DNA of 64,000 nt from a bacterium (lineage in GTDB: Bacteria; Krumholzibacteriota; Krumholzibacteriia; G020349025): assembly GCA_031362565.1 (NCBI GenBank), contig JANLSU010000081.1, positions 59,768 to 123,767 of the forward strand, written 5' to 3'. Numbering within the stretch: position 1 is the first letter of the stretch; the number at the start of each line of letters is the position of its first letter. The translations under genes and the position numbers were made by a program. This document shows positions 47,201 through 55,828 of the stretch, one piece after another. The notes beneath the pieces were generated by a model. That model made no database searches and was not told the origin of the DNA. It saw only the letters and a program-made list of their open reading frames with translations.

Positions 47201-48657
47201 CTCGCAGTCACCGGCAGGTCGAAACACGCCGAGTCGCCCGACGCAATCGTCGGACTGGCGTCGAAGGGGCTCACCCAGCCCTGATCGTCGGCGATGTGCA
47301 CGTTGTACACCAAGGCCGTGAACTCGTCGTTGTGCACACACAGGTGCAGATTCACTGTCGCGCCGGCCGCGACCGTCAACTGCGCGGGCGCGGTGATGCG
47401 GATGCGATCCGGCCGCTCCAAGTACGCGCGCCCGACACCACCTTGCAGCGGCGCGCCCACCAAAAGCTCCGCGGTTCCGTTGCCATCGGTATCCGGCCCA
47501 ACGGCGCCGGCGGAGGCAAAGCCATCGAGAGGCACCTCCGCCGTCCAAATCTGTTCCGGCACGTCGTCGACGGCCGGCCCACCCTCATAGATGCGTACCT
47601 CGCGCCCCGATACACCAACGACGAAATCCCCGAGCCCGTCGCCGGAGAGGTCGCTACCCGCGGCCACGAAGCGGCCGAAATTTGTCGTCAGTCCGCCCAG
47701 GAACAAATCGGCGAATTCGTCGCTCGACGGCCCGCCGTAAAAGACGTACGCCGTGCCGCCAGTGCCGCCGAAAGTGGGAGCTCCCGCGACGAGGTCGGGC
47801 TGCGCATCGCCGTTCACGTCGCCGACCGCGAGCGCTTCGCCGAAACCAGTTCCCACGCCGCCCGCGATCAGAACCCGGTCCGCGAGTGCGTCGAACCCAG
47901 CGCCGCCCCAGAACAGCTTCGTGCGTGCGCCCGCCCCGCTGCCGGGGGCGCCGGCGGCCAAATCCGCGACCCCATCGCCATTGAGGTCACCGAGCGCGAC
48001 CGCCGCGCCCAACTGTTCGCCAAACGCACCGTTAGCCGTCAGACTCGGAATCGTCGGCGGAGGCGCGGCGCCAAAGTAGACGAACACCTTACCTTCAAGC
48101 CCGCTGGGCGAAGCTCGCGGCGCACCGACCACCAGGTCTGCGCCGCCATCCTGATTCAAGTCCGCTCCGCCCCCCAAGGCGGTGCCGAAGCGCCCGCCAG
48201 GCACTGGACCATTGAGGATGACATCCGCCACCGCGTCGAATGCCGGACCTCCAAAATAGATGTACACGCGGCCGGCGTCGGTGCCTGCGAGGTCGTCGAA
48301 GGGTGCGCCCACGGCCAGGTCGCGGAATCCATCGCGGTTCCAGTCGCCGATCGAGGCCACCGCCGCGCCGAAGCGATCGCCCGGGGCAACGCCCACGAGC
48401 GTGAAGTCGGGAGTCACATTGCGCGGCGCACCGCCGCGGTATACGTAGACCCGGCCCGCCCCCGTGGTGGTGGTCTGCGACGCTACGGCCCAATCGCCGA
48501 ATCCGTCCGCATCGATATCGCCGGCGAGAACGCACGCATTACCGAAGCTCTGTGCAACGGAGGGAGCGAACAGAATACTCGAACACGCGGTGTGGGCCGC
48601 CGGTGCGGCGGCGACAAGCAGCACGGCGCTGGAGAGCACCAATCGAGTGGCACGCAT
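44293..48657 (-). CDS. exported FG-GAP/VCBS repeat protein (1454 aa) with T9SS-type C-terminal domain
   Basis: Signal peptide MRATRLVLSSAVLLVAAAPAAHTA. More than 10 repeats of FGxxVAxxGDxNGDGxxDLxVGAP. C-terminal 75 aa (44296..44520) ...LRLEIFDVAGRRIRSLEQG...SWDRRDATGALVRRGVYLVRL...RKAVVVRP. Confidence 0.7.
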   Translation of the reverse strand: MRATRLVLSSAVLLVAAAPAAHTACSSILFAPSVAQSFGNACVLAGDIDADGFGDWAVASQTTTTGAGRVYVYRGGAPRNVTPDFTLVGVAPGDRFGAAVASIGDWNRDGFRDLAVGAPFDDLAGTDAGRVYIYFGGPAFDAVADVILNGPVPGGRFGTALGGGADLNQDGGADLVVGAPRASPSGLEGKVFVYFGAAPPPTIPSLTANGAFGEQLGAAVALGDLNGDGVADLAAGAPGSGAGARTKLFWGGAGFDALADRVLIAGGVGTGFGEALAVGDVNGDAQPDLVAGAPTFGGTGGTAYVFYGGPSSDEFADLFLGGLTTNFGRFVAAGSDLSGDGLGDFVVGVSGREVRIYEGGPAVDDVPEQIWTAEVPLDGFASAGAVGPDTDGNGTAELLVGAPLQGGVGRAYLERPDRIRITAPAQLTVAAGATVNLHLCVHNDEFTALVYNVHIADDQGWVSPFDASPTIASGDSACFDLPVTASGASCAAGSTVTISLIPPGCASPALTKQVTVLRTVAPPVITTCALLDTLPEPGEQAQLQFCFQNVTQATRNYVYETSGWANGCPTGSSTVTLVPGGVFCMTRVCPLPVGAQCGDVLTMIARVRDQCAAPSAWVQVSKTLSVTAVSAVTVACAVDTTVDAGQSVHRLLHFTNSSTTSLTYNYSAGDAFGWGAPQSGSVNLGVGQTHTVDYALTTPALVCVAQDDAVTLHVTSTACPAREFQCTSHVVVPFHAAVLQCPADTTVGDNVTVQRRARWTNEGLFARTYEYSLNDTRGWGAPVTGTQTVAPGQTASAVITLQVPPLCFTQIDSVRFQVAITGCPLSQIACVSRVLPAMVTAGVTCPADFLAPSGVARPTTFQLLNTSLSAQTFAYTIQDSRGWGTPVAQNITVPSGQIAFVGFSLTAPTLPVGQFQISTIMFVAEDATCHQVFSCTARATAGTISPPEFFIEAAAFETKFGEPLATTADLSGDGIADLVAGAQSISPPGVGRLHLEFGGTALGGSPELGIGGEVSGDGFGVALAAGDLNRDGYGDFVVAAPLADMGALDGGRLYAYLGGPNLDVFADRVFTGSSPGGHMGEGLAGVGDVNADGYDDLLIGIPGAFNGLGFLYFGGPAFDTNPDRFLVAQSPGERFGTRAARGGDLNGDGYQDFLVGAPDNDVGGTDFGAVYVYFGGPSVDGSPDLVLNGDGGRFGDAITAADFDGDGWSDVIVGAPGRGIGGRVSVFRGGPGVLNVTADWVYDSPSAGEQLGASLSAGDLDGDGDADLAVGTLNPVGGAALRVLIFAGGSNADDLPAAVLLGTPGTRFGAAVAADRDVTGDGHRDVLVGASTYPPDGRVFVYTVVTLVPTDVPDMPPAPAAVLHTFLGEPWQDGTVVRIEYALERGARDLRLEIFDVAGRRIRSLEQGTRGAGLYAVSWDRRDATGALVRRGVYLVRLRADEFVATRKAVVVRP

Positions 48658-48819
48658 TGTTGCCGTCCCCTGGAAGGTGCGGATGAGGATACTGCGGGAC
48701 GGCGGTGGCGGCAAGCTTCACGGTAGTCACCGCACCCCCCATCATCGAGAGTAAGATGCCAGCGTCCTGGGTTGGCCTCGCCCCCCCGGACTCTTGAGAA
48801 GCGAACCAAGGAGACTGCG

Positions 48820-49533
48820 GTGGATTTGAAAGGTGCTCGCACCCTGATCACGGGTGGCAGCGATGGGATTGGACTCGCGATCGGCCAAGCGCTCGTGGAG
48901 AAAGGTGCCCGCGTGGCGCTGCTGGCGCGTCGCTCCGACCGGCTGACCGCGGCAGCCAAAGAGATCGGTGCAATCGGCATCACCGGAGATGTCTCGAAGC
49001 CCGCTGACGCCGACGCCGCGGTGGCCCGCGTGGTGCAGGAGTTTGGCGGCCTCGACATCTTGATCAACAACGCCGGCTTCGGTACATTCGGCGCGTTGAC
49101 CGAACTGCAGCTCGAGGACTTCGAGCGCACCTTCGCCACGAACGTCACGGGGGCGATGCTGATGGCGCGGGCCGCGGCGCCGCACATGATCCGCCAGGCG
49201 TCGGGCAACATCTTGAACATCTCATCCACGGCCGGACTTAAGGGCTTTGCGAATGGGACGACATACTGCGCCACGAAGTTCGCGCTGCGCGGCATGACGG
49301 AGTGCTGGCGCGAAGAACTGCGCCGCCATAACATCCGGGTCACGCTCGTGAACCCGAGCGAGGTACAGACGAACTTCGGCAAGGCGGCCGGTGGGCAGGC
49401 GCGCCCCTTCAACGGAAAAAAACTCCGTGCCGAGGAGATCGCCCGCGCCATCGTCGGCGCACTGCAGATCGACGACCGCGGCTTCATTCCCGAGTTTTCC
49501 GTCTTTGCCACGAACCCGTTTCCACCCGCGTAA
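48820..49533 (+). CDS. SDR family short-chain dehydrogenase/reductase
   Basis: TGGSDGIG (Rossmann), NNAG, YCATK (catalytic Y-x3-K). Start at GTG with AAGGAG 6 nt upstream. Confidence 0.8.
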   Translation: MDLKGARTLITGGSDGIGLAIGQALVEKGARVALLARRSDRLTAAAKEIGAIGITGDVSKPADADAAVARVVQEFGGLDILINNAGFGTFGALTELQLEDFERTFATNVTGAMLMARAAAPHMIRQASGNILNISSTAGLKGFANGTTYCATKFALRGMTECWREELRRHNIRVTLVNPSEVQTNFGKAAGGQARPFNGKKLRAEEIARAIVGALQIDDRGFIPEFSVFATNPFPPA

Positions 49534-49548
49534 TCAAGGAGACATCCA

Positions 49549-49785
49549 TTGGCAGCAACGAAGGTCACGATCAACCTCAATGGCCCACTTCGCATCGAAG
49601 GCGACTTCGAGATCGTCGACTCGACCGGCAAGAGCTACGGCCTCGCCGGTCGAAAGGTCATCAGCCTCTGCCGCTGCGGTCAGTCGTCCAAGAAACCGTT
49701 TTGTGACGGCACTCACAACACGTGCGGTTTCCAGCACACCAGCGCGGCATACGACCTGGCGCCTCCCGCGCGTCCGCCGGCCTGA
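49549..49785 (+). CDS. CDGSH-type iron-sulfur domain protein
   Basis: CRCGQSSKKPFCDGTH matches the CxC-x(8-10)-CDG(S/A/T)H signature. Confidence 0.75.
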   Translation: MAATKVTINLNGPLRIEGDFEIVDSTGKSYGLAGRKVISLCRCGQSSKKPFCDGTHNTCGFQHTSAAYDLAPPARPPA

Positions 49786-49812
49786 GTCGCGCGCGTCGCA
49801 CCGCGTTGCGGT

Positions 49813-50937
49813 TTACCGGGACGGGCTGCTGTATGCAGAGACGGCGGGTCGAACTTCCTCGTCCCGCAGACAGTCTTCCAGGGCAGTGACCGCTCGATCC
49901 CAGGTGAATTGCTGAATGAAGCGGTTCGCGTTCTGGGACACTTGGAGGCGCCGGATGTTGTCCCGCACGAGCATTGAGATGTTCAGCGCCAGAGCAGCCG
50001 GTTCCCTTGGCGGGCTGAGCAGCGCCGTCTCGCCGTGAATGCCGTATTCCTGGTGGCCGCCGATATCCGTCAGGCAAGGGGCCGCACCGCACTGCATCGC
50101 CTCGGCTGGGGGTAGAGGCCACCCCTCCGCCCAGCTTGGCCCCACAAAGATCGCCGCCGCGTTGTAGAGACGGCGCAAATCAGGCTGCGACGGTTTCTGT
50201 TGATAGCGAATCCAAGCGGGGAGGCCTCGAGGCCGTGCCGGGACGCCGAAGAGCGTCGCCGCGAGATCAGGGATCTCGGCCTTGACGATATCGATGGCAC
50301 TCAGGCCGTCCGCCGACCCTTTCCCCTCCGAGTCGTGATACAGCATGACGAGTTGCTTGGGGTTCCGTTCCGCGGCCGGCAGATCGAGGCCAAAGACGGA
50401 AAAGTCGAGGCCATTGGGGATATAGACCGCCGCTTCGTGCAAACCTCGAGCGATCGCCTCGAGCCAGCGGGCGATGACGATCTTATTGAGCGGCAGCTTC
50501 CAAGTGGCCATGGCCCGATCCGGGTCCACGCCCGCGAACGTCGATTCCTGGCCCTGGATCAGATAGAACTTTCGCCCCGTGTACGGCGGATAGCCGGCGA
50601 CCCATTCCGCCGTTTCCCACGCCGTGGCGATCACCGCATCGGCAGCCGGAATCCAGCGCGGATGGAGACTGGGGACCCACTCCATCCGCACCCGTGGATC
50701 GATGCTGAACCACCTCTTGGGCAAGTACCCACCCTTCGCACCCAGCTTTCTGCCCCCATAGACAAGATAGCGCTTGGCTGTTCTTATCGCTTCCATCTCT
50801 CGATGGAGACTGTGGGGGGCATGAACGACCGTAACCTCATGCCCGCTTCGCACGAGGCCATTGGCGTATTCGTAGGCGACCTTCAATCCCCCCACGGGGT
50901 TCTCGCCGGAGCCGGGAAGAACGAAACAAATGCGCAC
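49813..50937 (-). CDS. glycosyltransferase family 4
   Basis: GT-B fold. C-terminal EGWPLPPAEAMQCGAAPCLTDIGGHQE (E-x7-E region). Start at GTG (VRICFVLPG) with GGAGG 6 nt upstream. The longer track ORF begins at TTG. Confidence 0.7.
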   Translation of the reverse strand: MRICFVLPGSGENPVGGLKVAYEYANGLVRSGHEVTVVHAPHSLHREMEAIRTAKRYLVYGGRKLGAKGGYLPKRWFSIDPRVRMEWVPSLHPRWIPAADAVIATAWETAEWVAGYPPYTGRKFYLIQGQESTFAGVDPDRAMATWKLPLNKIVIARWLEAIARGLHEAAVYIPNGLDFSVFGLDLPAAERNPKQLVMLYHDSEGKGSADGLSAIDIVKAEIPDLAATLFGVPARPRGLPAWIRYQQKPSQPDLRRLYNAAAIFVGPSWAEGWPLPPAEAMQCGAAPCLTDIGGHQEYGIHGETALLSPPREPAALALNISMLVRDNIRRLQVSQNANRFIQQFTWDRAVTALEDCLRDEEVRPAVSAYSSPSR

Positions 50938-51065
50938 TTCATTCCTCCAGGTGCGTACCAACGGCCATCATAAGACGGTTGGAAGCACCGCGCCAGCAGC
51001 CGGGGAATCGAACCCACCTTCCCCTTGGGCTCGCCAACCGTCTCCGTAGCCATCGATTTGCCGGA

Positions 51066-54000
51066 ATGGTGTTGTCTGAGCCTTGGTTGATATCGGACAA
51101 TGCGAGGGCACCCTACGTCGTAGGATACGGAGCCGACATCGACATGTACACGGACGAACAGACCGCCGCCCGCGTTCGGTTGCTGCACGGCATCTTCGAA
51201 CAGCAGGCGCGCACTTACCCGACCGGCATCGCGCTCGACGTACCCCCGACGGGTGCTGGTGTGCCGCGCCGCCAGCTCACCTACGCCGAAGTGAATGCCG
51301 CTGCCGACGCCTTGGCCGTCCGGCTCGCAACCTACGTGCATGGGGAATGTTTGGTGGCGATCATGCTGCCACGCGCCGGCACGGAACTGTTCGTCGCGCA
51401 GCTCGCCATTATGAAGGCTGGTGCGGCCTGGACGTGTATCGAGCCCTCGACGCCCGATGAGCGGCTGCGTTTCTTGATCGACGATTCGCGTGCGGTGGCC
51501 GTGATCGCCGACGATGCGAGTGGCGACCGGCTTGAATCCATCGGCTTCCCCGAGCCTCGCATCGTGAGCCTGAACAAGGTCGACGTTGCTTCGATCCCCG
51601 CGGCTCCGCGCCGCGCCACTCCCGCTTGGCTCGGTCCGGAGACGCTGGCCTACGTCATCTATACCTCGGGCACGACGGGACACCCCAAAGGGGTCATGAT
51701 CGAGCACCGTAGCGTCGCCAACCTCGTGCTCGCGGATGCCGGCTACTTCGACCTGCGCCCGGGCGACCGCATCGCCCAAACTTCGTCGGCGGCCTACGAC
51801 TCCTCCGTGGAAGAGGTGTGGCTCGCGTGGGCCAAGGGCGCCACCGTCGTCGTGGTGGATGATGAACGGGTTCGCTCCGGCCCCGACCTGTTGCCCTGGT
51901 TACGCGCCGAAGGGATCACCGTCTGGTGTCCCGCTCCAACCCTGCTCCGGATGGTGTGCAGCGACAATCCGCAGCGCGACTTGCCCGATATCCGCCTGCT
52001 GTACGTGGGCGGCGAGGAGCTGACTCCGGACGTGGCGCAGCTTTGGGCGCCCGGCCGCCGGTTGGAGAACGGCTATGGACCCACTGAATGCACCGTGACC
52101 GTGGTCCGCACGACGGTGCACGCCGGAGAACCGGTGACGATCGGCAGGCCGGTGCCGGGCAATCGCGCCTTCGTGGTGAATTCCGAACTCCAGGAAGTAC
52201 CCGAAGGCGAGATCGGCGAACTCTGCATTGCCGGCGAGAGCGTCGCGCGCGGCTATCTCGGGCGACCGGAGTTGACCGCCGAGCGCTTTATCGACCACGC
52301 GCGCTTCGGCCGCGTCTATCGGACCGGAGACTTGGTACAGATGGTGCCGGGCGGGGCGCTGGCCTATCTCGGCCGCGCCGACACGCAGGTGAAGATTCGC
52401 GGCCACCGGATCGAGTTGACGGCCATCGAAAGCGAGCTGTGCCGCTACCCGGGCATTCTCGGGGCGGCGTGCTGCGTGCAAGCGAACGGCGCCGGACCCG
52501 AACTCGTGGCCTTCGTGGTGACCGAGAACGGCTCCGAGCCGGAACGGGAAGCGATCGGTCACTGGCTGCGCCGCACTCTGCCCGAGCCAATGGTGCCGTC
52601 ACACATCGCCCGGCTCGACGCACTGCCGCGCGGCGCGCTCTCGGGCAAGCTCGATCGCGGCGCGTTGCCGAAAGTGACCCACGCCCCGCGCGCCACACAA
52701 ACCGGACGCGCACCCGCCGGCGCCGCCGAGCAGGCCGTCGCGAATGCATTCGCGCACCAGCTCACCGCGGTGGAGGACATTCCGGCCGAGGCCGATTTCT
52801 TCCTCGATCTGGGCGGCAATTCGCTCGTCGCGGCGCAGGTCATTTCGGAGTTGCGGCGCGACGCGCGCACCGCGTCGCTCACCGTGCGTGATTTGTATGA
52901 AACGCGCACCGTAGCCGGACTGGCGGCACGCGTGCCGGAATTCGCGCCGCACGCGCCGGGTGCCAAAGCTGCACCGGCGCAACCAACTGCCGCATCGCTC
53001 GTCGCCGACATCGGCAGGCGCGTGTCACCGCACGCCGGGTGGGGTGCGGCAGCGCAATTCGCATTCCTGGCGTTGGCATTGCTGGTGACTGTGAACGCGG
53101 CGTGGTTTGTAGTTTTCGACATCGCGGCAGCGATGGCGAATGCCGTCGGAACGCGACTGTTCATGCTCCTGCTCCCCGTTCTGATCCTTGCGGCGGCGCT
53201 CACCTGGACACTGCTCGCCACCGCACTCACGGTGGTCGCCAAGCGCGTCCTCATCGGGCGTTACACCGCCGGCCGCCACCCCTACATGGGCTCAATGTAT
53301 GTGCGTCACTGGATCGTGAGCCAGTTTGCCCGCAGTGTGTCGTGGGACTTGCTCGAGAGCATCGGGCTGCGCGCCCACGTGCTGCGCGCGCTCGGCGCGA
53401 AGATCGGTGCCGAGGTGTATTTGCACCGCGGCGTGGGACTGCAGCAAGGTGGCTGGGACCTGCTCGAGATCGGCGACGGTGTCGCACTCGGGCGCGACGT
53501 GTCGCTCGGGCTCGTGACGTACGACCGGCAGCAGCTCGTCTTCGCACCGGTGTCGATTGGCGCCAACGCCACGCTGGACACGCGCTCTCGCATGGCTCCC
53601 GGCAGCCGAATTGGAGAGGGTGCGTTCCTGGCGGCGCTGGCATGGCTGCCAAGCGGCGCGAGTGTGCCGGCCGGTGAACGTTGGGACGGGGTGCCGGCGC
53701 GACCCGTAGGCCAAGCGCCTCCACCACCCGTGCCTTCGCTGGAGTCGCTGCAGCCAAGTCTGTGGCACAAGGCAGTGTTGCTGGCGGCAAAAACAGTCGC
53801 GGCGCAAATCGCCTTCCTGCCATGGTTCGCTCTCGCCGCTGTCGTGTTGTCGGCATGGAGGAGCGGCAACGGTTCGTCGACATTCCTCGAGTTGCCGTTG
53901 CTCGCGCTCGCCGGCGCCCTGGTCACGTGCTACGCCCTGTCGTTACCACTGCAAGCAGTGTTGTGCCGGCTTCTCGGACGCGTGCGCCCCGGCATCTATC

Positions 54001-55142
54001 CGCTGCACGGACGCACGGCGCTCACGGTGCGCTTGAAGGAGCGCCTTGTCGAAACTGCCAACGTAGCGCTGTCCGGTACGCTCGCGTGGCCGGTGTGGCT
54101 GCGCTGGGCCGGCATGCGCGTCGGCCGGCGATGCGAGATCAGCACCATCATGGAAGTGACGCCGGAATTGGTGGAGATCGCCGACGACTGCTTCTTTGCC
54201 GACGGCATCTACTTAGGACGGCCGCTCGTGCATCGTGGGCATCTCTATTGCGAACGCACGGTGTTCGAGCATCACACGTTCCTCGGCAACCACGCCGTGA
54301 TTCCGGCCGGCGCCCAACTGCCGGACAACGTTTTGCTCGGTGTGTGCACGGTGGCCGACCCGGAACGCATCCGGCCCGACACCGGTTGGTTCGGACATCC
54401 AGCGTTCGAGCTTCCCCGCCGCGAGTTGGTTGCTGCCGACGACAGCCTGACGTTCAGTCCGTCGCCACTCCGCGTCCTCAACCGCGCGCTGTGGGAGAGC
54501 TCACGGCTCTTCCTGCCGGTGCTGCCGGCATTCGTCGTGGCGTTCTGGGCCACCGAGTTGCCGCGCCTGGCAGAGCACTGGGCGACGCCGGCGCTGCACC
54601 TCTGGGTGCTGCCGCTCGCAGCGCTCGCGACGGCGGCGTTCCTGTGCGCGCTCACGGTTGCGACCAAGTGGCTGTTGCTGGGGCGCATGCAGGAGGCGCG
54701 ACACGTGTTGTGGTCGTGCTGGTGCAGCCGTTGGGACTTCCTGTTCGAGGTGTGGTCGGCGTACGCGCGGCCGGTCATCGATACATTAGAGGGCACGCCG
54801 CTCGTGGCGTGGTGGCTGCGCGCCATGGGAGCCCGCATCGGGCGGCGCGTCGTGTTCGGAACCAACCTCTCGCAAGTGGTGGACCCGGACATGATCGAGA
54901 TCGAAGACGACGCCACGGTGTCGTGCCATCTGCAGTTGCATAGCTTTGAAGACCGGGTGCTGAAGCTCGGCAAGACACGCATCGGCGCCGGCAGCACGGT
55001 CGCGGCCGGCGCACTCCTTCTCTACGGGGCACGGATCGAAGCCGGCGCGCACGTGGCGGAGCAGAGCGTCGTGATGAAGCACGAGCACCTGCTGCAAGGC
55101 CAGGCGTACGAAGGCGCACCAACCCGGCCGGTGGGCGCTTGA
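51066..55142 (+). CDS. Pls-type single-module NRPS-like synthetase: adenylation - thiolation - [2 TM + soluble domain] x3 (homopoly-amino-acid synthetase-like)
   Basis: A-domain core motifs LTYAEVNAAAD, YTSGTTGHPKGVMIEH, AAYDSSVEEVW, GELCIAGESVARGYLGRPELTAERF, YRTGDL, GKLDR. PCP motif FFLDLGGNSLVA. Then three units, each with a pair of hydrophobic helices followed by a ~120-aa domain with left-handed-beta-helix-like repeats. No canonical C or TE domain. Alternative start ATG 51144. Confidence 0.75.
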   Translation: MVLSEPWLISDNARAPYVVGYGADIDMYTDEQTAARVRLLHGIFEQQARTYPTGIALDVPPTGAGVPRRQLTYAEVNAAADALAVRLATYVHGECLVAIMLPRAGTELFVAQLAIMKAGAAWTCIEPSTPDERLRFLIDDSRAVAVIADDASGDRLESIGFPEPRIVSLNKVDVASIPAAPRRATPAWLGPETLAYVIYTSGTTGHPKGVMIEHRSVANLVLADAGYFDLRPGDRIAQTSSAAYDSSVEEVWLAWAKGATVVVVDDERVRSGPDLLPWLRAEGITVWCPAPTLLRMVCSDNPQRDLPDIRLLYVGGEELTPDVAQLWAPGRRLENGYGPTECTVTVVRTTVHAGEPVTIGRPVPGNRAFVVNSELQEVPEGEIGELCIAGESVARGYLGRPELTAERFIDHARFGRVYRTGDLVQMVPGGALAYLGRADTQVKIRGHRIELTAIESELCRYPGILGAACCVQANGAGPELVAFVVTENGSEPEREAIGHWLRRTLPEPMVPSHIARLDALPRGALSGKLDRGALPKVTHAPRATQTGRAPAGAAEQAVANAFAHQLTAVEDIPAEADFFLDLGGNSLVAAQVISELRRDARTASLTVRDLYETRTVAGLAARVPEFAPHAPGAKAAPAQPTAASLVADIGRRVSPHAGWGAAAQFAFLALALLVTVNAAWFVVFDIAAAMANAVGTRLFMLLLPVLILAAALTWTLLATALTVVAKRVLIGRYTAGRHPYMGSMYVRHWIVSQFARSVSWDLLESIGLRAHVLRALGAKIGAEVYLHRGVGLQQGGWDLLEIGDGVALGRDVSLGLVTYDRQQLVFAPVSIGANATLDTRSRMAPGSRIGEGAFLAALAWLPSGASVPAGERWDGVPARPVGQAPPPPVPSLESLQPSLWHKAVLLAAKTVAAQIAFLPWFALAAVVLSAWRSGNGSSTFLELPLLALAGALVTCYALSLPLQAVLCRLLGRVRPGIYPLHGRTALTVRLKERLVETANVALSGTLAWPVWLRWAGMRVGRRCEISTIMEVTPELVEIADDCFFADGIYLGRPLVHRGHLYCERTVFEHHTFLGNHAVIPAGAQLPDNVLLGVCTVADPERIRPDTGWFGHPAFELPRRELVAADDSLTFSPSPLRVLNRALWESSRLFLPVLPAFVVAFWATELPRLAEHWATPALHLWVLPLAALATAAFLCALTVATKWLLLGRMQEARHVLWSCWCSRWDFLFEVWSAYARPVIDTLEGTPLVAWWLRAMGARIGRRVVFGTNLSQVVDPDMIEIEDDATVSCHLQLHSFEDRVLKLGKTRIGAGSTVAAGALLLYGARIEAGAHVAEQSVVMKHEHLLQGQAYEGAPTRPVGA

Positions 55143-55828
55143 CGCCCTCGGCGAGCACGACGCGCGTTGCGGGCCCGCCGGCAGGCATCGTAGATTTGTG
55201 GTGCGTGCATCTCGATGCACCGAACTTCCCGGACGCCGCACTCGCGGCAACGCTCGACCCTTCGGAGCAACAACACGCGGCGTGCATGCGGGTCGGCGGC
55301 CGCGCCTGGGCTTCCGGGCGTGGCGCACAGCGCGTGATCCTCGCGAGTTATCTCGAGGTGCCGGCGAGCGCGCTGGAGTTTTTCGCCGCGCAGTCCGGCA
55401 AGCCTGGGCTCTCGAACGCGCCCAGCCTACAATTCTCGTTCGCGCGCACCGATGGTCTGGCGGTCGTCGCCGTTGCCAGTGACCGCGAGGTTGGCGTCGA
55501 CGTCGAGCGTGAGAACGACCGCACCGACATCGACGGCGTGGCGCAGGAGTTCTTGCCGGCGGGCGAGGCCGCCGCACTCGAGGCAACGCCACTCGGTCAA
55601 CGCCGCAGCGCTTTCTTTGGCGCCTGGGCGCGTCACGAAGCGCGCCTCAAGCTCGAGGGGCAGGGGCTTACCGGTCGCACCTGGGACGGCGCGCGGCCAA
55701 GCGCGGCGCTCGTCGTCGTGCGCGCACTCGCCCTACCGCCCGGCTTCGCCGGCGCGATCGCGGCCGTGAACGACACCTGGACGGTACGCGTCAAGGAATT
55801 CCCAGTCCTAGCGGCGCGGCTACGCTAG
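55139..55828 (+). CDS. 4'-phosphopantetheinyl transferase (Sfp type)
   Basis: QSGKPGL, FSFARTDGLAVVAVA...VGVDVE, WARHEARLKLEG motifs. ATGA overlap with the synthetase stop. Confidence 0.7.
   Translation: MTPSASTTRVAGPPAGIVDLWCVHLDAPNFPDAALAATLDPSEQQHAACMRVGGRAWASGRGAQRVILASYLEVPASALEFFAAQSGKPGLSNAPSLQFSFARTDGLAVVAVASDREVGVDVERENDRTDIDGVAQEFLPAGEAAALEATPLGQRRSAFFGAWARHEARLKLEGQGLTGRTWDGARPSAALVVVRALALPPGFAGAIAAVNDTWTVRVKEFPVLAARLR

Noticed and set aside
47296-48726. 476-aa plus-strand ORF
   Set aside because: Antisense to the FG-GAP repeat gene.
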